Shown one piece after another: positions 47,740 through 57,000 of a DNA stretch of 64,000 nt (the first letter of the stretch is position 1; each line of letters opens with the position of its first letter). Both the position numbers and the translations under genes were made by a program. Source of the DNA: an uncultured bacterium (GTDB lineage: Bacteria > Patescibacteriota > Minisyncoccia > Phycocordibacterales > UBA6065). The notes beneath the pieces are model-generated. The model was not told the DNA's origin. It did no database searches and was given only the letters and a program-made list of their open reading frames with translations. The stretch covers positions 69,845 to 133,844 of the forward strand of contig CAWJEP010000005.1 of assembly GCA_963841935.1 (NCBI GenBank). Reading direction: 5' to 3'.

Positions 47740-48456
47740 ATGCAACTCATTTTTTTAGACACGGAGACGACGGGCAACGACGCGGCAAAAGACCGGCTTT
47801 GTCAGATCTGCTATAGGATTGGCACAGAAACGAAAACGGAATATTTCAAACCGCCAGTGCCAGTATCGGTCAAAGCGATGAGCATCACGCATATCACGAA
47901 CAAAATGCTTGCGGACAAAGAGCCATTTATCGCAAGTAAGATGTATAAAGAACTTGAGAAACTTCTTCCGAAAAATATTTTGGTCGCTCACAACGCCAAA
48001 TTCGATATAGCAATGCTTTTCGCCGAAGGAATAAAGGTCAAAGATTTCATCTGCACATTGCGTGTTGCCAGAAATCTAGATACTGACAATGTAATACCCG
48101 AATACAATCTGCAGTATTTGAGATATTATCTAGATCTTGAAGTGGCAGGAACGCCACACGACGCGGAATCGGATGTCAACGTCCTTGAAGCCGTTTTCAA
48201 CAAATTGCTTGAAAAAATTATGGAGAAAATTCCAAATCGTGAAAAAGCCATCGAGGAAATGGTGAAAATATCAAGCAATCCGGTGTTATTCAAAAAAATA
48301 AATTTCGGTAAATACAAAGACAAAGACGTTGAAGAAGTTTTAAAAGCCGATCGTCGCTATCTCGAATGGTTACTTGCCGAAAAACGCAAAACTCCGGAAC
48401 TCGAAGAAGATTGGATTTATACGTTGGAAAATTATCTGGGACGGAAGACGGTCTAA
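47740..48456 (+). CDS. DnaQ-like 3'-5' exonuclease (DEDDh, ExoX-like) with C-terminal DUF3820-like KGK domain
   Basis: Exo I motif FLDTETTG, Exo II motif VAHNAKFD, Exo III motif PHDAESD. The C-terminal NFGKYKDKDVEEVLKADRRYLEWLL resembles the exodeoxyribonuclease X C-terminal/DUF3820 domain. Confidence 0.65.
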   Translation: MQLIFLDTETTGNDAAKDRLCQICYRIGTETKTEYFKPPVPVSVKAMSITHITNKMLADKEPFIASKMYKELEKLLPKNILVAHNAKFDIAMLFAEGIKVKDFICTLRVARNLDTDNVIPEYNLQYLRYYLDLEVAGTPHDAESDVNVLEAVFNKLLEKIMEKIPNREKAIEEMVKISSNPVLFKKINFGKYKDKDVEEVLKADRRYLEWLLAEKRKTPELEEDWIYTLENYLGRKTV

Positions 48457-48458
48457 AT

Positions 48459-49256
48459 TTATTTAACCAAATTTTTCCAATATCTTTCTAAATCTTCCGA
48501 AACGCTTTCGTTATTGGTAGATCCTTGTGGTTGAGCAACGACAAAATCTTTTTTCCATACCTCATATCCTTTCGGAAATGTCTTGCTAAAGATGTCCGAA
48601 TATCGCTCAAATCTTTCCTTAAGACTTAGACTCTCGTTATACCTTTCAAACAGCACATAATACGCTAAATCATTTTCTTTAAACCATTTAACTGCATTTT
48701 TCTCTCCCGTCCATGGAATATTACGTAATGAGAAATAGCAGCATATTAGATTACTCATACTATATAAAAGTCGAATTTCTAACGCTTCATGATAAATCGG
48801 GTCTTTCGAATCAAAATATCTTTTGTTTGCTACGTAGTTATAGTTTGCATTTTGCCAGAAGTTATATTTTTCTGAGAATGGCACATTAATGACCATGTCT
48901 TTGAAACCTCTTTCAATAAGGGCCGATGTTTTTCCTGATTTATCAAATTTTATATCAGCTTTTTGTAACCATACAGGTAAAGTTGAATTACCGTTAGCCA
49001 CAAATTCCACATGGTTATCAAGAAAGTTTCTGACCTTATCTAAATCAAGATGGTCGAAGAAATATATATCAGCGAAAGTTTCATCTATATACGTAAAAAC
49101 AGACTGTATAGTCTTATATTTTGCTTTAAGAATAACTATAAGATCAATATCACTGGATGATCCAGCCTTTCTTGTTCCGTGAGAACCTGTAAGAAAAACA
49201 CAGTCTACATTTTCATTCTTCTTTAGTTTCTCTATGACCTGATCTAGAGAAAGCAT
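48459..49256 (-). CDS. Pol-beta-superfamily nucleotidyltransferase (ANT/Lnu-like) in a low-GC patch
   Basis: N-terminal NTase signature FLTGSHGTRKAGSSSDIDLIVIL (GS...G.....SDxDL). At 265 aa it is about the size of aminoglycoside or lincosamide nucleotidyltransferases. The gene is visibly more AT-rich than its flanks. Confidence 0.5.
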   Translation of the reverse strand: MLSLDQVIEKLKKNENVDCVFLTGSHGTRKAGSSSDIDLIVILKAKYKTIQSVFTYIDETFADIYFFDHLDLDKVRNFLDNHVEFVANGNSTLPVWLQKADIKFDKSGKTSALIERGFKDMVINVPFSEKYNFWQNANYNYVANKRYFDSKDPIYHEALEIRLLYSMSNLICCYFSLRNIPWTGEKNAVKWFKENDLAYYVLFERYNESLSLKERFERYSDIFSKTFPKGYEVWKKDFVVAQPQGSTNNESVSEDLERYWKNLVK

Positions 49257-49260
49257 AATT

Positions 49261-49953
49261 TTAGGAGTTAAGGTTGCTTAAGATTATTTGAATATAATTA
49301 TTGACTGCGTCATAAGGAATCGCTCCGTCGGTGTTGGCGATGTTGCCTTTTGGCGTGACGAAAACGGTGTAAGGGGTGCCCTGACCGCCGGCGTTTATGG
49401 CGTCTTGGTAATCGGCTTGGACTTTTGCCGCTTCTTTACCGCTTGAGAGACATTCATTGAAAGCCGTAACGTTTAGACCGACATCGCTCGCGATTTTCGG
49501 AAGTTCCGCCGGGTCGAGTCCGTCATTGGATGGCGTGACGGAAAATATTTCATCGAGATAATTCCAGAAAGTGTTATTTCCGCCAAGGTCGGCGGCACAC
49601 TCCAATGCCTCTGCTTCGTTTGTCGATTTCGAGTGAAGCGGAAACGAACGATAAACCCAGGCGACTTCGCTCGTTGAAGCGTATTCGCTGTAAATATCTT
49701 TGAGAGTCTGGTGGAATTGCTTGCAATAAGGGCACTCGGTGTCGGAATAATCTATTATTTTTATCGGAGCGTTTATGCTGCCGAGAATATGGTCCTCCGC
49801 CGTTACTGGTCGCACCGTGATACCGGCGTCAGGCGTCGCGGTTTGTGCCGGAATGACGGTAGTCGAAGATTTTCCTCCCACAAAATACACGGCAATGGCG
49901 ATAAAAACTCCCGCGACGACGATGGCTATGGGCACGAGGAGGTTCTTATTCAT
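49261..49953 (-). CDS. DsbA-like thiol:disulfide oxidoreductase (signal-anchored thioredoxin fold)
   Basis: N-terminal TM helix (LLVPIAIVVAGVFIAIAVYFV) and the CxxC active site DTECPYCKQFHQTL. Start at ATG 49953. Confidence 0.7.
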   Translation of the reverse strand: MNKNLLVPIAIVVAGVFIAIAVYFVGGKSSTTVIPAQTATPDAGITVRPVTAEDHILGSINAPIKIIDYSDTECPYCKQFHQTLKDIYSEYASTSEVAWVYRSFPLHSKSTNEAEALECAADLGGNNTFWNYLDEIFSVTPSNDGLDPAELPKIASDVGLNVTAFNECLSSGKEAAKVQADYQDAINAGGQGTPYTVFVTPKGNIANTDGAIPYDAVNNYIQIILSNLNS

Positions 49954-49960
49954 ATTTACA

Positions 49961-50539
49961 TTATAACCCAAGAGAGAAGTTCATCGAACTGTTACCGACT
50001 TTTTCCCAATGTGAAGTGTCTAGTTTGATTTCCAGAATTTTTCCGCCGAAATCTTTGTATTTTAGCGAGCCGTTTTTCAAAGCGTATTCGTAAAGCTCCT
50101 TTGTGATTTTCACGTCGTCAATACAGTAATCGATGATTTTCTGAATTTCGCCTTGTTTCCACCAAGTGATGGCTTCCAGACCGTGACCACTTTTGTTTTT
50201 TCCTAGCGTGGCTTCGGTGACATTGTCGAGCTTTACGCGCCGCCCGAGCGATTTGTGTATTTCTTTCAAAAGGTCCACGCTTTTTATTTTGCCGAGGTCA
50301 CCGTGATAATACTTGTTCAAAAGAGGAATATCGAAATGGTCGCTGTTGAATCCTATCAAGATATCCGTGTGTTCGAGAATCGGCCAGAGGTTCTTGAAAT
50401 CTTTTTCAAGATAACTCGTGTAAGAATCCGTCTCCGAGTCGTGAATGCACACGACGGAAATATCGAGAGCCGACGGGTCGCTCGAGCCGACGTCTTGAAA
50501 AAGATTTTTTGTTTCCACGTCGAAGACGATTTTTCTCAT
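49961..50539 (-). CDS. DEDDy-type 3'-5' exonuclease domain protein
   Basis: VFDVETKN (Exo I), GFNSDHFDIPLL (Exo II) and YCIDDVKITKELY (Y-x3-D Exo III). Confidence 0.55.
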   Translation of the reverse strand: MRKIVFDVETKNLFQDVGSSDPSALDISVVCIHDSETDSYTSYLEKDFKNLWPILEHTDILIGFNSDHFDIPLLNKYYHGDLGKIKSVDLLKEIHKSLGRRVKLDNVTEATLGKNKSGHGLEAITWWKQGEIQKIIDYCIDDVKITKELYEYALKNGSLKYKDFGGKILEIKLDTSHWEKVGNSSMNFSLGL

Positions 50540-50567
50540 TGGTGGAAACTATTGTATCATAGGGATT

Positions 50568-51335
50568 ATGGAGAGAGTCTTAAATCTTTATAAGCCGCTT
50601 GGCGAAACGCCGCTTCAAACCCTCGAGGCATTTCAAGCGGCCCATCCGGAATACGCCAAGGAAAAAATGACTTACGCCGGTCGCCTTGACCCCTTGGCCG
50701 AAGGCGTGCTCATCGCTCTTGTCGGTGAGGAAACAAAAAATAGGGAAGCTTACACCAATTTGCCGAAAGAGTACGTCTTCGAATGGATATTCGGGCTCGA
50801 GACGGATACTTACGATTTGCTGGGGTTAGTAAAAGAAATAAAAAACAGCCGCGAAACGGCTTCTTCGCTATTGGAAAAATATTTTGCGGATTCCGCGCAG
50901 AAATTTTCACAAAAATATCCGCCGTTCTCGTCAAAAGTCGTCGGCGGCAAGAGTCTGTTCTCTTTAGCCAAAGCCGGAAGGATTTTCGAAAAAGATTTGC
51001 CTTCACACGAAGTGGAAATCTATGAATCAGAATATTTGGGGAACAGGGAAATTTCCAAAGAAACGTTCTTGAAAACTATCGAGGAAAAAATAGATTCCGT
51101 CAGCGGCGATTTCAGGCAAAAGCAGATTCTTTTAGATTGGAAGAATCGGCTTTCAAAATCCGAAAGAGAAACATACGTTGTCCACAAAGCTCGCCTCGCT
51201 GTCAGTTCCGGTTTTTACGTCAGGCAATTCGTGCTTGATATCGGAAAACACTTTGATACTGCCGCGGTGACTTTTTCCATACTGCGCACTAAAGTGGGTT
51301 CCTATAAGGCGAATAAGTCGCTTCACTTGCGTTAA
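50568..51335 (+). CDS. truB: tRNA pseudouridine synthase (TruB-like)
   Basis: AGRLDPLAEGVLIALVGEETK contains the catalytic Asp in the G(T/R)LD context of TruB-family enzymes. 255 aa. The exact subfamily is uncertain. Confidence 0.55.
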   Translation: MERVLNLYKPLGETPLQTLEAFQAAHPEYAKEKMTYAGRLDPLAEGVLIALVGEETKNREAYTNLPKEYVFEWIFGLETDTYDLLGLVKEIKNSRETASSLLEKYFADSAQKFSQKYPPFSSKVVGGKSLFSLAKAGRIFEKDLPSHEVEIYESEYLGNREISKETFLKTIEEKIDSVSGDFRQKQILLDWKNRLSKSERETYVVHKARLAVSSGFYVRQFVLDIGKHFDTAAVTFSILRTKVGSYKANKSLHLR

Positions 51336-51440
51336 AAGGTCATATGTGCCATACTTGCGGGGTCTCAAGTTCTCAAGGGTAAGGATTTTCTTAGCCAAGA
51401 GGCGACTGGTCGGAGACGAATTATCAAAAGAAGCAACAAA

Positions 51441-51728
51441 ATGGCTAAGAAATTGTACATAGGAAATCTTTCCTACGGCACGACTTCGGAATCGCTCAAG
51501 GCCGCCTTTGAAAAGGCAGGCACTGTTGTCGACGCTATCGTTCTCACGGACAAAATGACGGGCCGCTCACGCGGTTTCGGTTTCGTCACGATGGAGGACG
51601 CTGACGCCGACAAGGCGATCGCGATGTTTGATGGCAAAGACCTCGAAGGTCGTCCCATCAAAGTCAACGAAGCTCAACCGAGAGAGGAACGCCCGAGACG
51701 CGACTTCGGTCCGCGCCGCGCGTACTAA
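51441..51728 (+). CDS. RRM-type RNA-binding protein
   Basis: RNP-2 motif LYIGNL and RNP-1 motif RGFGFVTM. A 95-aa single RRM with an Arg/Asp-rich tail. Confidence 0.75.
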   Translation: MAKKLYIGNLSYGTTSESLKAAFEKAGTVVDAIVLTDKMTGRSRGFGFVTMEDADADKAIAMFDGKDLEGRPIKVNEAQPREERPRRDFGPRRAY

Positions 51729-51733
51729 ACAAA

Positions 51734-51757
51734 AAGCCCCGCCTAGGCGGGGCTTTT
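51734..51757. terminator. Bidirectional rho-independent terminator
   Basis: GCCCCGCC-TA-GGCGGGGC, flanked by an A-run upstream and TTTTTGTT downstream. It lies between the RRM gene (+) and typA (-). Confidence 0.6.
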
Positions 51758-51763
51758 TGTTGC

Positions 51764-53539
51764 CTATTCTTTTTTCTTGCCTTTCTCTCGGTCGGCTTTT
51801 TTGAGAAATTGTTTTCGCAAGCGAATGGTCTTTGGCGTAATCTCCAAATACTCGTCGTCTTTCATAATTTCGAGGCCGCGTTCTATTGAAAGCGTAAACG
51901 GGGGAGTGAGAAGTATGGCGTCATCTTTGCCGGCGCTGCGATAGTTGCTCATGACTTTTTCTTTCGACGGATTGACGTCGAGGTCATCGCCCTTTGATGT
52001 GTTGCCGACAACCATTCCCTCGTAAATCTCGGCTCCGGGAGAAATGTAAAGCATTCCGCGGTTCTGGAGGTTGTAGAGAGCGAAACCCACGGCTTTGCCT
52101 TTTTCCATGGAGATCATGGAGCCAAATTCGTGTTTCTCAATCGTTCCGACTTCCGGCCGGAATTCAATGAAGCGCGAAGAAAGAATTCCTTCGCCTCTCG
52201 TGTCAATGATAAATTCTCCTCTGTAGCCCAAAAGTCCGCGCGTCGGGATTTCAAACGTCAATCTGGATAAGCCGTTTTCTTCTTTTATGTTCGTCAGCAC
52301 GCCTTTGCGCGCGGAAAGTTTTTTTATGACGTCGCCTCCAAATTCGCTTTTGACGTCGGCGTAAACTTCTTCAAACGGTTCGCAGATGACGCCGCCAATT
52401 TCTTTTTTGATGACTTGCGGTTGCGATACTTGGAGTTCAAATCCTTCGCGGCGCATATTTTCGAGAAGTATGGATATATGAAGTTCGCCTCGACCATAAA
52501 CCTCGAAAATATCTCCGCCGGAAAAGTCAATCTTTAAACCCACGTTTATCTCAAGCTCTTTTTCTAGTCGCTCGCGGATTTGCCGAGTGGTGACAAATTT
52601 GCCTTCACGGCCGGCGAGCGGGGAATTATTAACGAGAAAATTGAGAGCAATCGTCGGTTCGTCTATGGCAATCGCCGGCAAGGCCTGTTGTTCCGCCGAT
52701 TCGCATATGGTTTCTCCTATGAAAATGTCCGGTAAGCCCGCGACCATGGCTATATCGCCGGCGATTGCCTCGCTCGTTTCCTCCCTATCCAGGCCTTTAA
52801 ATGCGTATATTTTGGTAATTTTGCCGGTTCTAGACTCTCCCGTAGGCTTTTTTATTACCACATTTTGACCTGTCTTTACTTTGCCTTCATATATCCTGCC
52901 CACGGCGAGACGGCCGACGAAATTATCGTAAGCGAGATTGAATGGTTGCATTCGAAGCGGCGCGTTCTCGTCCGCTTTCGCCGCCGGCACGCTCTCAAGA
53001 ATCGTGTCGAGAAGGGGAGAAAGGTCGGAAGAATTTTCTTCGAGCGTGCGTTTCGCGATACCTTGTCTACCGATGGCGTAAACAGTTTTGAAATCCAGTT
53101 GTTTATCGTTCGCGCCCAGCTCGATGAAAAGGTCGAGAACTTCATCTAAAGCTTCTTTCGGCCGCGCCGCCGGCTTGTCTATTTTATTTATGACGACGAT
53201 GGGCTTCATTCCGAGTTCCAAAGATTTTTTCAAAACAAATCGCGTCTGCGGCATCGGACCTTCTTGGGCGTCGACGACGAGAAGCACGGTGTCGATTGAG
53301 CGGAGAACGCGTTCGACTTCGGAACCGAAATCGGCGTGTCCAGGGGTGTCGACGATATTTATTTTCGTGCCTTTATAAAAGACGGAAGCGTTCTTTGCGT
53401 ATATGGTAATGCCACGCTCTTGTTCGAGCGCGTTGGTGTCCATTGAAAAACCCTCTTGGGCGGCGCCCGTTTGTTTGAGTATGGCGTCGGTCAGGGTCGT
53501 TTTTCCATGGTCGACGTGAGCGATGATTGCGATATTTCT
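51764..53539 (-). CDS. typA: GTP-binding protein TypA/BipA
   Basis: [22 protein letters not shown] and [16 protein letters not shown], with EF-G-like domains. Start at ATG 53539 (MEIRNIAII). Confidence 0.9.
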   Translation of the reverse strand, partial: RNIAIIAHVDHGKTTLTDAILKQTGAAQEGFSMDTNALEQERGITIYAKNASVFYKGTKINIVDTPGHADFGSEVERVLRSIDTVLLVVDAQEGPMPQTRFVLKKSLELGMKPIVVINKIDKPAARPKEALDEVLDLFIELGANDKQLDFKTVYAIGRQGIAKRTLEENSSDLSPLLDTILESVPAAKADENAPLRMQPFNLAYDNFVGRLAVGRIYEGKVKTGQNVVIKKPTGESRTGKITKIYAFKGLDREETSEAIAGDIAMVAGLPDIFIGETICESAEQQALPAIAIDEPTIALNFLVNNSPLAGREGKFVTTRQIRERLEKELEINVGLKIDFSGGDIFEVYGRGELHISILLENMRREGFELQVSQPQVIKKEIGGVICEPFEEVYADVKSEFGGDVIKKLSARKGVLTNIKEENGLSRLTFEIPTRGLLGYRGEFIIDTRGEGILSSRFIEFRPEVGTIEKHEFGSMISMEKGKAVGFALYNLQNRGMLYISPGAEIYEGMVVGNTSKGDDLDVNPSKEKVMSNYRSAGKDDAILLTPPFTLSIERGLEIMKDDEYLEITPKTIRLRKQFLKKADREKGKKKE

Positions 53540-53805
53540 GATTTCCATAATTCTTTCCGTAAAAATAAAATCCGCCAGCTGGCGGAGAACCCTTTGGCCC
53601 GTCGAGAGACTATAACAGATAGGGGAATAAAAAGAAAGTCTTACTATTTCCAAAAGCTTTTTTATGTTTTATGATAATTTTTCTTTTTTCGGCGATTATT
53701 TGACAGGCCATAAATTAAATATTATCCGGTGAAAATTACATATTTTACCGGGGAATAAAATACTTTTTGTGGATTTTATTTCGTGGCTTTAAATGATTTT
53801 TTAAG

Positions 53806-53846
53806 TATTAATGTTTATCAATGTATAGAAATCATTAGTATTTTTA
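53806..53846 (+). promoter_or_regulatory. Conserved ~40-bp upstream element, copy 1 (shared with 61297-61337)
   Basis: ATTAATGTTTATCAATGTATAGAAATCATTAGTATTTTT is identical in both copies. Copy 1 lies about 160 nt upstream of the giant-gene start, in an AT-rich intergenic region. Confidence 0.4.
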
Positions 53847-54005
53847 TTTTCCTCTTTTTTAAATCTAAGACTGCCGGTAAATCGCAAAATCTTTTTAAAA
53901 GTCCAAAAAGGTAATCAAATTGGTTTTTTCCGCGGAAAAAAGACCTGGAGTTTTTCAACAGATTTGGCTAACCTAAAGCCTTTTTTGTAAATAGAATTAT
54001 GACCA

Positions 54006-57000
54006 ATGGATGACACTGTTCTGATCGAAGGGAAAACACATATTTCATCGAGACGCGCCGCGAAATTAAGCGGTTACACTCAAGATTACGTCGGCCAGCT
54101 TGTTCGCGGCAAAAGAGTCACGGCCAAAAAAATTGGACGCTCGTGGTATATACAAGAAATTTCGTTCCGAGATTATATTTCCGGTAATCCTGTATTAATA
54201 AAAAAAGAATTCTCGAATGACCGAGAAAGGTTAATAAATCGCGAAAAAGTAGAGAAAGAAAAGGTCAGTGGTTACCATCCTGAAAAAATCAGACACGGAA
54301 TACTTCACAGATTTCAGAAATTGACAGCGTTTACCCTCTCCCTCCTCATCGTCTCCTCAGCCATTGCCTTCGCTAATACGGTCAGTCCTCAAGAAGTGGC
54401 GGGATATGTTTCCTCCACAACGGATAAAGGATTGGCCATGGTTTCCTCGGCTGAAGCACTTCTTCGTCAAAGCGCGGACTTGGCCAATTTATACGGCAAA
54501 GAAAACACGGCGCTCGTGGCCGCCTCGGGCGAAAATCCTCTTTTCATCGGAGCCCAAACGGTGGCCCTCGGCGTCTACGAAACATTCCATCCGGCGATTC
54601 AAAACGCCGAATATACTTTGGCGGCGCTCTTTGCCCCGAGAGTTTCTAACATCGCCGTCAGTAACGTTTCGGAATCTCCGATAACCATTAATCTCGCTTC
54701 GAGCACGACGCCAATGACAAGTTCTTCAAGCGCTCTCGCCGTTTATACTCCGCCCGTCACCACGGCAAATCCCGTCATATCTTCGCCAAACAACGTCTAT
54801 TACCAGACTCTCGGCGAGACGCAAGACGAAGTCCAAAGCCAAATAGCCGCCGCCATAGAGCCCCTGATTTTCCAGATTAACGCTTTGGGATACAGAGGAG
54901 GAACGACGCAGTCAAACGTCCAAAACGTCTACGACAACATCGATTTCAGCCGCATTAACGGAGCAAACATCGACAAAAGCTTCGTGAGCGATTCGGCCTT
55001 TACCGGCGGAACCATTAGCGGCGCGAGTATTACCAACTCATCGATTGACGTTCTAAACGTCGGAAACGGTCTCTCGAACATCGCCGGCGATTTGACCGTT
55101 TCCGGCACGACAACAGTCAACAATCTCTTTGCCGCTAATTCTTTGACGAGTAATTCAACCACGACCTCTGCCACCTCGACTAATCTCTACGCCGCGAACG
55201 TCGTGTTGGCAAACGCCACGACGACAAATCTCTTTACCGACTCACTCAACGCTTTGTCGGAGACAATCGATAGCATCACTTCAAATGTCGCGACCATATT
55301 CGGCCTGACCGCGACGAATGCCACGACGACCTCCGCCACGACGACGAATGAATTCGACGCAAACCTCGTCGCTTCAAACGCCACGACGACGGGGAACGCG
55401 TACGTCGGCGGCAATCTCACGGTGGGCGGCAATTCAGTTACCCTGGGCAACTCGAGCGCCAACACGCTCGTCGTCAATTCCGCCGTCGGCTCAAACCTCA
55501 TTCCGAACCAAAACGCCACGTACGACATCGGCTCTCCGGCCTATTACTGGAACAACGAATACGTCGCCACCCTAAACGTCAACAATCTCTCGGCCGCTTC
55601 TTCGACCATCGGCGGAACGACAGACAGCAATTTCACCATTAACTCCGGCAACGGCACTCCCGACACCGAGAGTATGTCACTCACATTCTTCCGAGGCACC
55701 GTGGTGCCAAACGCCGTCATCGCTTGGAACTCTACGACCAAACGTTTCGAATTAAACCAAAGCGCCTTCATTCAAAACGGCTCTACAAACCTTCTTTCCT
55801 CGCCTACGCTTTCGCTCGAGGGTCAAGCGGGACAAACCGGAGACATTTTCGATATCGCGAGCTCAACCGGACAAAACTATTTCAATATCTCCGCCACTGG
55901 CACGACAAACACTTTGGGACTAACTTTCACGAGCGCAACGGGAACCTCCGCCACCACGACCAACTTCTACGCTTCACTTTTGAATTCCATAACGGGAACG
56001 ATTACCAACTTCACTTCAAACTTGGCTACGATTTTCGGTCTGACCGCGACGAATGCCACGACAACGAACGCCACGACGACAAACCTAGTGGTCTTCAATT
56101 CTCCAGTCGCTCCGGCTTTCATCGCCACCTCGACTACGGCTGTGTCTTCGCTTCAACAACTTCTCGTTAACGCAAGTACCACTCTCCAAAACTTCACGTT
56201 CCAAAATGCCACGGGAACAAACGCCACGACGAGCACTCTTTACGTTTCCGGTCAGTCAATCCTTGCGGCGACGGGAGGGGATGTGGGAATCGGACTTACG
56301 AACCCTTCTTATCCGCTCGATATTTATAACGCGGCTAGTGGTGCTTTGAGATTGAATGATTCGAACAATGCAGCCATTATTTCTACCGTAAAAGAATTGG
56401 CCGCGACAAATTTAAATTTTACTGTCAGCGGAACCAATGCTATGACAATAAGATATAACGGAAACATCGGTATCGGCACGACGACACCTTGGGCGTTCTT
56501 CTCTATAAACCCGAACGCCAACTCGCAAGGTCCGCTATTCGTTGTCGGCTCATCGACCGCCACACAATTTATCATAAGCAACACAGGTTTGGTCGGCATC
56601 GGCACGACTTCACCTCTTAGCAAGTTTGATATTGTCAGCAACTACAACGATACCACCGATACTTTCCGAATCGATGCTCCAGACCCGGGAGATTATCATT
56701 TGACTATAAATCCGTATGTGGTCGGCAACGGCAACGTCGGATACAAATTTAAAACCACCGATACCGCGGTCACGGTCACGGCCATGGCTATCACGGGTAC
56801 TGGAAACATAGGTATCGGCACGACGACGCCGGACGCCACGCTCTCCTTAAACGGAAGCGGCGGCTCATACATAGACTTTGGAAATAGCGGGCCAGTCAAG
56901 GCGTACATCGGAACATCGGGAATATTCGGCGCGGCAAGCACGGATGATTTGCGCGTTCGTTCCGATGGTCCAAACATTGATTTTGGTTTTTCTGGACAAA

